A model generated the notes under the pieces. The model worked only from the letters and a program-made list of their open reading frames with translations. It searched no databases and was not told where the DNA came from. This document shows, one piece after another, positions 1 through 13,086 of a stretch of 64,000 bases of DNA (position 1 is its first letter; each line of letters begins with the position of its first letter). Origin of the DNA: Polymyxa betae A26-41 (Eukaryota; Protista; Endomyxa: Phytomyxea); assembly GCA_003693705.1 (NCBI GenBank), contig RBZT01000373.1, forward strand, positions 67,861 to 131,860. Reading direction: 5' to 3'. A program made the translations under genes and the position numbers.

Positions 1-1704
<1,704 letters not shown>

Positions 1705-2632
1705 CAGGTGGGCGCCCTGGCCGCCAGGATTAGAGACAGCGGTGATCGAAACCTGTACCCCAGGTTAGAGGCACTTCTGGAAATTTAGTCAAATTGAGAA
1801 CCCTATCGTATCAAAAGACTCAGACGATTAGATCAGAATATGGTGCTAGAGGCGGCGGCGAGCAGAAGGTCTCTGCGACGAAGACATAAACATCAGGTCA
1901 CAGATCATTGCAGGCGAACTATCGAAGCCCAGGGACGCGCTTCTCATGCAGTCTAGATTCTTCTGGAGCGCCCGACAATGACAACGATGACGCGATTTGG
2001 CAGGCGATGTTTTACCCAATGACAACCAATTGAATGACGACTCGTTTATTTAGAAGCCCTCTTTTTGAAAGAAACATAACTACTGACTTCGGGGTTTGAC
2101 TGTCGCTGAGTGCCCTTACTAATCATGGCCTGTAAATGGGGCAATACCGAGATATTTTAAAACCAGTATATGATGTGAACTTCAACTGAAGCAGAAGTTG
2201 CTGCAACATCGGCCTTCCAGGCTTACTAAACGCTCTTAATCCCTACTGAATCGAAGGGACTCATTCTATAAGCGAATAGCGCAAATTGGTTAAATGAAAA
2301 CGAATTGCATAGCAGATTTGTGGGTAACCCAGTGACAGATGAGTCTTCTCAGAGTCAGTATTTCCCACCAAGACCTGGAAGTGATTTTATCTAGCCCAAA
2401 CTCACAGCGTCAAAGTCAGGTAAGTAACAACAAATCTGATAGAACTGCCTTGTTCATGACGTATGTGTTCGGCAAACCATTTTACTCGAGCTCTTGCCGG
2501 TTTTTAAACATCACTCCGTTGATAAAACGACAGCAAAGAATTGTGGACGTGTCATGACTCGGCCGTTGCCAACTTGGTTACGAATCGGTCCTCTTGACCC
2601 AAGGCCGATTCATCCCATATCATTTCCTAATC

Positions 2633-4532
2633 ATGACCATCGGTCTCGGTAGTCTGCTGCTGTTTCTGGCATCTATTGCCATTGCCAGCACGAGCCGTGA
2701 ATTCGACAACCGCTACCCTTCATGCTTCCTCGATCGGCTTCAGTATTGCAAGGACGTCCAAGGACTAGCAGGCACATTCCAATGCCTGGATAAGAAATTA
2801 GATCAGCTGTCTCCAGCGTGTAGGGCTTCGCTAGAAAAATCACCAGCATTTCAATGCAGTCTTGATGCGCTTCTGCTCTGTCCTCTAGTCGACGACCACT
2901 ATGATTTGATGTCGTGTTTATGGTACCATCGTGATAAATCTTTATCGTCTCGATGTATCGGATCGGGGTCCCGCCAGCTTGATTTCGAATCAGGCGGCAA
3001 ATTCCACAAATGCAGCAAGGACAGAAAGAAATTTTGTTATGGCATGCACGGATTTCCTCGAGTCATGGCATGCCTTGCAGATCACCAAAATGATCTCTCT
3101 AATGAATGCAAATCGGCAGTTGGGGACTGTCCAGCATTCAGATGTGCACACGACGCTGAGCATTACTGTCCAAATGCTAAAAGTCATCACGATGTTCTTA
3201 AGTGCATCTGGGCTCATAAAGGGGATGTGTCGGAAGATTGCAAACAGGTAAAACCCAGCATAAAAGGTTTGCAGAAATACCTAATCTAACTAGGTGCTCT
3301 CGCCTCCGTCCTCGCCATGGCTAAGTCATCATGAGCATGAAAGACATCACGGCAAACAGGACCGTGGTAAGCATCATGGGAAACATCATCGCCATGAGCA
3401 TGAGAGGCATCATGGGAAACATCATGGGCATGGGCATAAGGGACACCATGGGCATGAGCATGAGCATGGTGGTCATCATGGGCATGAGCATGAGCATGGT
3501 GGTCATCACGGGCATGAGCATGGTGGACATCATGGGCATGAGCATGAGCATGGTGGACATCATGGGAAAGATCGCGGCAAGCATCACAACGAGCATCATA
3601 AACATCATCACGAAGGGCACCTCCCTGAACTGAAAACGCACGGAAAAGAACATCACGGGCATCTCAACAAACATCACCATCGTCACCGACATCACGAACA
3701 CCGAAGGCATTTTCGAGCTTGTAAATTTGATGTTCGCCGCTTCTGCTATGACGTTGACGGATTTGTCGACAAGATGGCCTGTCTTGCTCACCACGAAGAT
3801 GAACTATCAAATTCGTGCCACTTCGTATTGAAACACTGTCCTGCATTCCATTGCGCAGAGGACGTTCAGAAATTTTGTCCTGGAACCAAAAGCAAGCACG
3901 AATTTGTCGAGTGTCTTTGGGAGCATCGTCACGAACTTTCTGATAAATGTTGGAACCAAGATCAAGATGGCGATAATCACAACCACCACATGCATGCAAA
4001 TGACAAGTGCCGCCATGAGCGTGAGCAATTCTGTCCAAAAGGTATGCCGTTGCAAGAAGGTTGCAATCAATTACCTTACTGACTGGTTGTCTTAAGAGCA
4101 AAAGGAATCGCCAACGCATGATATCGAATGTCTTGGAAGCCACGACAAGACTGGACTGTCTGAACAATGTCGCATGTCTCTTGAAATGCGACTTGCATGC
4201 AAAGATGAAGTTAAGAAATTCTGCAGCAGCGATGACAGTTATCCTTTGAAATGCCTGAAACAGCACGAAGAAGAACTAAATAGTACTTGCAAGGCTGCCT
4301 TACCACAGCACCAATTGATGGTGATGTCCAAAATGGATTCAGCACTATGTTATAGCAACCGTACGACATTTGCGAGATAGATTTAAGAGTTCTGACGCCA
4401 TATACAGGTCCTGTAATTATAGCATTCTCTGCTATTTTCCTCGTCTTCTCTTTGTTCATAATGACAGCAGCTGTTATTTGGCGCAAAGCTGATCATGGTC
4501 AACGAACTGATATTCAGTATCAACGGATATGA
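2633..4532 (+). CDS. Type-I membrane protein with GLG1-like Cys-rich repeats, a His-rich insert and a C-terminal YQRI motif
   Basis: Signal peptide MTIGLGSLLLFLASIAIA; repeated C-x2-D-x3-(F/Y)C...CL-x6-LS-x2-C units. Introns 3248-3293, 4042-4096 and 4361-4407 keep the frame. The last exon encodes TM segment VIIAFSAIFLVFSLFIMTAAVIW, then RKADHGQRTDIQYQRI*. Confidence 0.8.
3447..3566 (+). repeat. Coding tandem repeat, ~30-bp unit x4 (HGHEHEHGGH), third copy shortened to 24 bp
   Basis: catgggcatgagcatgagcatggtgg(t/a)cat units read directly from the sequence. Confidence 0.95.
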
Positions 4533-4617
4533 AAGAGCGAATCGATATTCTGATATTAATAGAACACTAAAAAGGTTAATCGATTTGTAAATTCTGTCAG
4601 TAGGAGAATAGAGCTCT

Positions 4618-5205
4618 TTATTCTCCATATGCGCCAACGTCTTCTTGCCAGTTGCTTGTTCTGGCCATAACAATGGCTCTTCCTATTGGAAAGCGTTCAA
4701 TAATCGACTACCACAGTTAAGACCACCACCAACCTATTGCTCGGATCCACGCTAAGAGACAGCTCAGAATGTGCAGCGAAGAACTGTTCAATAGCTAGAT
4801 TACCTTCTTTTGATTCCGCATTAGGAGCACAAAAGGAGAATCCGTATTCGGTTGAATAAACGTCGAAAGAATACGCTCTCCGAGTCTGATCTTCTGAGCT
4901 CTGAATTTCAAGTGAGTAAAACCAACAAGCAGCATGGCAATGAAAAAACCTTAACAGAAGAAAATATCGCCAAATCAATCACTTCTGTAGGATTATTATA
5001 ATCTTTTTCATATTTAAAGGAGTAGATTTTTGAGTTTTCCAACACTACCCAGCGCTTCTTCCAAACTCGCAGCACTCTGCCTACAGACAGCATCAACGGC
5101 GACGAAGACATAGACCTCTATAAACCAACTCTGTTTCTCAAGCCATCCCTCTAGCGGTGGATTCTTAATCATGGGCTGAGTTGTGCCAATAGCAGTTGTG
5201 ACCAT
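4618..5205 (-). CDS. Small stand-alone PH-domain protein (5 exons)
   Basis: LEGWLEKQS/RVLRVWKKRWVVL...EVIDL...YSFDV...FSFCAPNAESKE/QWIRAIG; last exon RAIVMARTSNWQEDVGAYGE*. Confidence 0.85.
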
Positions 5206-5525
5206 TTCTGCGTCTAAAAAGCTGTAGGACGATTACACGAGGTTAATATACCTTTATAATGCAGCAGCGATAGTGAGACTACACAAAGTGAACCTCCTCG
5301 AAATATTCGCAGTCCACGCCGGCCAACCCCCGAGCCCGACCGTCTTTCGTTCGATTTTCCTTTACCGACGGCATACTCCATTGTCTTGTCGAGAATACTC
5401 CAGATACAAACTTAGAAGCAACTAGCCGATATACGATTCAATTAAAAAGATAGAATAATTTATTCAAAATGGTTATGTACACATCATATTAATAACAAAT
5501 CGTTATGCGCTAGCAAAGCATGAAT

Positions 5526-6574
5526 TTACGATTGATCGTAATCATCGATCGCATCTAAATCGTCGTCATTATTATACGGATCGCTTAAGCAATCGTCGTC
5601 AGAATAGCCATAATCATCGTCGGAATCCGATTCGTCTTCCGGATACGAGAAATCTGGATTATCGGCTGCATTCGAATCTTCCGAATCATAGGCGCTATCA
5701 GCATACTCGTCGAAAACAAGGGCATCATGTAAGCCAGAATTCAGGTCGATTCCTTCTCCAACATCTATGCATACTCTAGAAATCACATCAGAACACGATC
5801 TCTATACAACACCTTCACATACCGATCCGACGAGGTAGATGTCAGCGTTTTTCCATTATATACAAATAAATCCCAGACGTATTCAGTGGCATCTTCCTAT
5901 AAAAATGCTGTAAGAAATACACGATGGCAATCCAGCGTAATAATACTTCATGGTTATCCAGCTGATAGCGCCTCATCAGCTGTTCGTATCTCGATTTTGA
6001 ACCTGGGCCTTCAGATACAGGATCGATATCGAAAAATTGAAAACGCGAGTTATCGATTTCGTTAAGTCGATTGACCCGATCAGAGCTAGTGCATATGCTA
6101 CGTTTGGTGGATGGATTCCGCCTTGCAATCTCCAAGCCGTCATTGTTTAGGGAGTTTATACGGTCCTGCAGAGGTCATTATCAGAAAATATCAAACGCTA
6201 GCGATTTAGGCGCACACGAAGTCTATCAGGCAGATCTAGTTCTTGAGCATTTTCGCATGATAGCGTGTCAACTCGTTGAAAAACTTTTTTGTAAATTCAG
6301 AGTTGAGACTCTGTAAGAACCGATAGTCTTACCTTGTGAGATCATATTCGGTCCAGCGTTTTCATTCATTGAGAACCGAGACAAACATTCTGAAGCGCCC
6401 CTGACACCAGATAAAGCTCTTCTCTTACACTGGCCCTTAACCACTACATTGCATCAGACACAACGCGAAAAGCAGTGCAAAACGCCGACCGAGATCGTCA
6501 ATAGGCGATGCATTTCGAGGGCGTTTAACCCTTAGGACAACAATCGAATGCTGGTCCGATCCCATATTTGGCAT
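5526..6574 (-). CDS. IWR1: IWR1-like RNA polymerase II nuclear-import factor
   Basis: N-terminal VVLRVKRPR and C-terminal YDSEDSNAADNPDFSYPEDE followed by an acidic tail, the Iwr1 signature. Confidence 0.75.
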
Positions 6575-6831
6575 TATTTTATCCAGATTGGAGATCAAAC
6601 TGGCCTGAAATGGCACTGAAGAAATAGCTCAATACGCATTATTTTTAAGATTTATGCAAATTCTTGATTGATGATTAATCACTTCTTCCGAGATCCGGAT
6701 CCCATCCGGAGTTTTTACGCTATCTTCAGATTTTCATTGCCTTTCACATGCTTCATTTTGGGTCGCTGTAGCAAAGCGCTCTTCATCGAGTTTCAAACCT
6801 GTTGTTTGATTTGATACAACAGCATGAATCT

Positions 6832-7397
6832 CTAAAAATAGCGCTTCAGGTTCAGGTTTTTGGCGACATCAAGAACCTACGAATTGGTCTGTGAATGATG
6901 TGATGGCCTCGTTGGACTGTTACCTCCAATGTCATGCTGGATCGATAAGCGTCAGCCAGACAAGCCATTCCATAATTTCCAATCGAACAGTCGTACAGGG
7001 AAAGCGATACCAAAGTTGTATTGGCCAGAATCATGAGCGATAATGCTTCGGCTCCAATATCGCCAATTAAATTCTGTTTTAGATCCAAAACTGCTAAAGT
7101 CTTATTGCTTTTCAGTGCTGAGGCGATATCGATGGCGGTTCTATCGCCGAGCATATTCTGTCCGAGATCTAACTGTCGCATAGCTGTATTGGTCTTCAAT
7201 GCTCGAGACAGCATACGTCCCATGATATCGTCCAGGCTGCATCCTGATAGTCTCAGGATTTTGATAGTGGTATTTGTCATAAGGCAGTTCGACAGGCATC
7301 GTAGGAACGATGGCATCAGCCTGCATTGAATTTGAAGTCGGTCAACATGATCAATGTTTTCTATGACTTTACGTTCGCCAGCGATATCTAAAGCCAT
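6832..7397 (-). CDS. Ribonuclease-inhibitor-type leucine-rich repeat protein
   Basis: 28-aa repeats such as ALKTNTAMRQLDLGQNMLGDRTAIDIA and ALKSNKTLAVLDLKQNLIGDIGAEALS; one intron near the 3' end; C-terminus uncertain. Confidence 0.75.
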
Positions 7398-7437
7398 ACA
7401 GGAAGATTTTTTTTGTGGCAAATGCTTTTCTGATACT

Positions 7438-8903
7438 TTATGTTTTGGACAGAATCTGGCTTGAACAAATATCATACAACCTAGAAGCGACCTGTGCCCA
7501 GCGATCCCGTTCTTCGCTAATTTGAGACATGGCAACTTCCTGTGCCATTAACCGTGCTTGTCGTTCACTTTCTTCGTTGGCGACTGATTTAAGTTCCACT
7601 TGGTGCTCAGCGCGAACGTACTTCAAATGTGACAGTAATGCTCCAGGAATCGTAATATTAGTAGATCTTGATTCGTGTCCTAATACATTGCTGAGAATAC
7701 ACACAAGGAAAAATTTTGTGATGGCTTACTTTCTGGGAATTTCTGCAACTGCTCGATTTGTTGTGCATTACAGAAGCCGCTAACGAGAACGCCGTTCACC
7801 AAGCTTTCCTTAGCAAACTGGAACATGACAAGGCGGTAATGATTTCTTGGATGGCTGATATTTCGCAACGTATGAATACATTGGCAAGAAAATAAGTCCC
7901 AGATTTTAACGGAGTCGTTCAAATCAGCAGATGCCATTAAGCATGCGTCGAAATTTAGCGCTAGCGAGGTGATACTAGATGAATGAGCTGCAGAAGTGTC
8001 CAGCAGAGTGGTAATCTGGGAGGACTCGGAAAGCGACGCTGCTGAATGCAGAAGGCGTGTACGGTAGATTTGCCCATTGACAGTGCCGACACAGAAGAAT
8101 GCTTCAGCAGGATCGACAATGATTGAAGTGATTCCGCTGTTATACTCGAATACGAAATCAGGCTCAGCCTTTCCTACAGACCACAGCCCTGGCAAAATGT
8201 TAGCATTTGCATAGCAATGTGGAGAATTAACAGGAGGGAAAAGCAGACCATGAAAACGCAAATGTTAATGAATAATACAAAAGTGGTAAAAAAGCAATGC
8301 CTTACTGCAGGTGCGATCCAGGGATCCAGTTAGAAAGCGATTGGAAATAGGGAAGGCGGCGGCGACATTAACTGGAAGGTGGTGGCCGACACAACGCACC
8401 ATAGGCTGCGAGATGCTGCCCAGGAGGCATGACAGGAGCACGCCGACATCGTAGACAGCGACAATTGAATCAGCCGATGAAGTAATTAGCGAAAATCCAT
8501 CAGCTGAAAACGTTAGCGATCGTATTTCCTTTAGATGAGGCTGAAAGGCAGCCAGCATTGAACCCGATTCTAAAGACCATACATGGACAAATCCGTTTTG
8601 AGATCCGACAGCGATTAATGTGCCATCTGGAGAAACAGCCAAAGAAGTCGGAGATTCCGGTAATGAGCAATGTAATAATTGTTTCATATTGGACAATTCA
8701 AGAATCACTAAAGAGCGACGACCTTCAGGACAAAGTGCAACACATGGCTGAAAGGCATTCGTAACGAATGCTGCTACAAGGGATGCAGTCCATCCTGACC
8801 GTCCTTGACTCGACGGGGCTGACTTCGAATGTCGAAGGCTACCAGAGGCTGAGTCCCACTGATCTAGGGCGCCACAAGACGCGATGGCCAAAACATTTTC
8901 CAT
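7438..8903 (-). CDS. WDR18: WD40 protein WDR18/Ipi3 (Rix1 complex)
   Basis: WD repeats (LAVSPDG...VHVWSLESGSMLAAFQPHLKEIRSLTFSADG...ITSSADSIVAVYD; GHHLPVN) and a C-terminal coiled coil, as in Ipi3/WDR18. Confidence 0.7.
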
Positions 8904-9066
8904 TCTTGGACCACGAAAGAATATCGTCATTGCTGAAAAATTCCCGTAGCGGACCCCGCAGATTTTTTTGAAAAAATTCGAAAGCTTTCGGAATTCGCTC
9001 AGATTCACGTCACATTTCTGTATAAAGCATATAATACAATGAAGGTTTTTACTACATGGACTTGAT

Positions 9067-9962
9067 TTAATTGACCTTCTTTGCCTTCTGAACAGACTGT
9101 CGGCGGGATTTGGTGGCCGACAAGAAAATAACAGTGCTAACAACCAACCCTGTAATAAACCTGCAAGTTTTGTCACATTGAGATTCACGGATGCTTAAAA
9201 TTGGAAAATTACCCGGCAACCAGGATCGAAAGAGAAGCTAGTGAATGGTCGGTGAACAGTTTTTCGACGTCCAGCGCGAGAGCCTTGATTTCTAAACACA
9301 TATTTAACTCATCAGCGGATACTACATGATCCCAAGCATACCATCTTGGAAAGCATTAGCCACACCAGGCGGTTTAGGTGCCAAGTTCTTGGTCGCCTTC
9401 TTGTAGCCTCCATTGATAAATTTCTCAAATTCGACAACGGTTCGTGCGCCCATGTAATCATACATCATTCCCTTTTTGAAAAAAGTAATAGTTGGGTATC
9501 CCTTGACATCAAACCGCTTGCAAATATCTGAAAACAAGGATTAGAGAACGAATGTCAAACTCCAGTGTACATTACCTCTGTGCTCATCGCAATTAACATT
9601 GCCGATATTGGCAACCGGAGACCCGATATCTCCTTTTGTCTTCGCGTCCAGTTGGCTTTGGGCCAAGTTTTCCCATTCCTAATAATGCATGATAAGCGCC
9701 CGGAATCGCAACAGCGCAAATCCACTGACTTGGGTCATTTTCTTGCAGTGGCCACACCAGGGAGCATAGAATCTGCATCATTTTTACTTAACAAATAGAA
9801 AATATATGGGCATAGACGGCAGTACCTAATGAGCCAGTCGCCCGTCGTCGCCCCGGTACCGATCTGGGTCTGAGACTCGAAGTTTTCAGACGTCAGTTCG
9901 ACGACGTGGCCAGCGAAGGAGACAGCGACCAGACAGGCCAACAGAGAAACCAATCGCATCAT
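9067..9962 (-). CDS. TMX-type membrane-anchored thioredoxin/PDI family protein, paralog A (WCGHC; 6 exons)
   Basis: Signal peptide, VVELTSENFE, FYAPWCGHCKK, VKGYPTI, C-terminal TM segment and KKVN* dilysine ER-retrieval signal. Confidence 0.9.
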
Positions 9963-11194
9963 CTTGAATATAGAATGAAGGTAGAAGAGGCCTATAGGGC
10001 TGAGCCAGTCGCCTCTCTTTGCATAAGTCGGTAACGTATCACGGTGATCGACGCTCGGAAACGACCACAAGAGCGTGACCCTGGGCCCGCCTCTCTGCTG
10101 ACGTGGCGATGCCAATCAACCCGATTTTGTCCCAACTTGCTACCTATCATAATTCGGCTGCAATTTTCAAGGCTGAAGAGACAACATTGACTGACCCGTT
10201 TTGGTTCAAATAATACTAATTTCCATAAAGAAATTGTTTTTTTTTTTGAAGCAAGTTTGGTACTAACTGCAAATGCAAGCGGACGTTTCAATTTCAAGGA
10301 ATATGCTAACCCAATAATGTGTCTTACATCCTTTGAAAATCGCTTGCTTCAAGTTGCATACTAAAACTTTTGATAGCAATGAAGGTAAGGGAAGTCTTAG
10401 AAATCTTGATTGACACGTGTGTTGTTGAGTTTTTCAAAAAGCTCACAAAGGATGGTGTATTGCTACGGGCAAAAGATCTCTGAAGAGAACAACCTGCTAC
10501 AGTATCTGGTACATGCTAAACGTAACCAGGAAGTACAGATGAGCTTTGTTGACAAAATTCTGTTGCCATTTTATGAGCCCTTGGGTATTCAGAAATTAAC
10601 ATGTTTCGCCATCAAACAACAATTTATGCTTTAGACATTAAACAACAATTTATATTTGAGATAATTCGGCTATCATCTGGCTGCAACGGTAGCCACGAGG
10701 AACCTCACATTAGCTAATGAATGGCCTTGGCTTAAATTGGTTATTTCTAATTCGTTGATTTTTATCAACAGGCGGCGCTGAATCTCAAACGCTTCGCCGA
10801 TACTCAGGCATAGCCTCAGCGATGCTCCTACTCTTCCAGTTTCTGAGCGATGATTATTTCACCCATAATGGATGGCCTTGCTTGTCGAGCACTATCTCCA
10901 GGTCTGCACGACGAGGATAGCGGATTCATTGACGGCAGAATTTACCTATCTGGCTGTGTCCATTGATGATTGGCGATTGTGATCGAACTTGACCACTTAC
11001 GATGTGAGATGAGCAATCTTCTCCAAGTTGTAGATGAAGCGGCTGCGCTTTCAAGAACATCTCAGATCACCACTTCACCCTGTAACATTTGACAACGCGG
11101 CGATGCCTCTTGAGGGGTCTCTGTGACTTCATCATTTATTCTGATGTCTTGTTCTATCGCAAGTAGGGTTCTGACGTCATGATCAGATTAACCC

Positions 11195-13076
11195 ATGGGT
11201 TGTGGTTCGTCCAAGATTTCCCATCAAGATCTGCCCCATGATGAGGTGCAGCAGGAGCCAATTCAGATTTCGCCATCTATGGCTGCAAAGCCTAGCTTCA
11301 TTGCTGGTGAAGCAACGACCATACAACCCATCAACGAAACCCGTCAGCTGGTTGACGAAACCCAGGGTATAACGGACCCAACTGTTAACAAGCCCGAAAC
11401 ACTGGAAACAGCAACCAAAGACTTGAATGACTTGGGCAATATGATGGTTGTGAAGATTTCCGATTTGGATCATCCTTTGGCTATAGTCATAAAGCATCTC
11501 TCGGCCAAGATCCCACTTGTTATTCAAAACAATTCTTCTGTTTCTCAACAGTACATTGCAGAGGTTAATGAAATAGGCCATGACATGGCCCTGATTAAGT
11601 ATTTATGTGCACGTTGGCACGTTTCGTTATTACATCAAGGAGTTATCAATGCTGTTGTCGATGAATGGATTTGCGATACGATATTTCATTTCTTACCTGG
11701 TCTCAAGGCCATCAATCTGAAATGGACGCCAGCTACACCAGGATCTCTGCAGTATTCACGATGGTAATGGGGGATCAGCTTTCATTGTAGTACATCAATA
11801 AGCGTATGAATGATAGGAGATTAGGCAGCGCTGTAACCTTTATAACTTCATATATTGACAAAATTGCAAATGTATTACAAGAATCGTCGCATCTTTGCAA
11901 TAGTGAAATCTCTCTTGCTGATTTATTAGCTGCTGCATGTGTAAAGCCCATAATACAACAGCGGTACATTTTCAATCGTTTGGGGCTGGATCGCTTGGAT
12001 AGTTGGCTCGACAGTGTCAACATACTGCCTGACAACGGAATGTGAGGAGCAATCATCAAAAATATTTGGCATCTTTATGATTGTGCTTAGTTGCAGATAT
12101 GCTCTAGTATTATCTGATTCAGACCAAAGCAAAAGACTTTTTGATTGGGCTACTTTAAACCGACCAAATGCTTTATTCCTGTTTAACGATGTTTTCTCTG
12201 ACCTAAGCGATATTTCGTTGAAACAGCTGCCAGCATTATTATCATGCTCGGTTCGTGGCTCATTTGATTTCAAAAAGTCGTTATTGAGCCAACTTTCTTG
12301 CATAGGATGAAGGCAGAATAGACTCGATTCAAGATCTGACAGAAATCCACTCGACATTACAAAAAAGTTGTTTTGAAACAGAAAGAGTTGGGAAGCCAAA
12401 CAATCAACCTGAGTCGGCAGAGAATCGGGTGATCCTTTACGTCTGCCCTATATGTAATTCTTTAGACTGTATAAGCCCTGATCAAGTCGCTTTAGTACTG
12501 TTTGAACCATATTTGGACATTCGAATTGATGCCCACTCAAATGCAAGCAAGCAATTGGTGTATTTTCAAGATCAGCTCGTCAGTTTATCAGAAACGTATG
12601 ATTAAATCGGATATCGAAGTTTACGTCTAACTGTCCTCAGGCCAGCTATTTTGAGGTATTTAACTGGAAGCCGAAACGAACCTGCGAGTTTGACCGCAAT
12701 TGAAATGGCAATAATTGACGAAAACTTGACTCTAATTTCTCAACGAATTGTTCCGGTTGTGAACGACTTTATCCATGGCTCAAAGTCAGTGCTGTAAGAG
12801 ACAATGTTAATGGCTTTACGAATGTTTGGCAGGGCGAACCGTCTGTTAGAACTCTCCTTGGAGAGCACCTTAGCGACTCTGCAGCCTATTCATGGCGCCA
12901 TTCATAGAGCTGATCGTAATTACTTGGCAGCTATCTCATTTTGTTTGCGACGAAGTCAGAACATCCAGCAGTTAAGCTCAAGAATGCAGAATCTAATAGA
13001 TGAATGGTTGGAGCCTGTACGACAAACGACAGCATCAAATTTGCTAGCTTTATTATTTTGGCGAAATCCTCTTTAA
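11195..13076 (+). CDS. N-acylated (MGCGSS) protein with tandem degenerate GST-like domains (6 exons)
   Basis: Introns 11764-11816, 12042-12090, ~12251-12305, ~12596-12640 and ~12785-12832 join one open frame. Motifs: DMALIKYL..AVVDEWI, EISLADLL, VILYVCPIC, SLSETPAILRYL, MAIIDENL. The stop abuts the convergent neighbour. Confidence 0.7.
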
Positions 13077-13086
13077 AATAATCCAC

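Noticed and set aside
3321-3794. Met-rich ORFs on other frames and the opposite strand
   Set aside because: Shadows of the CAT-rich His repeat.
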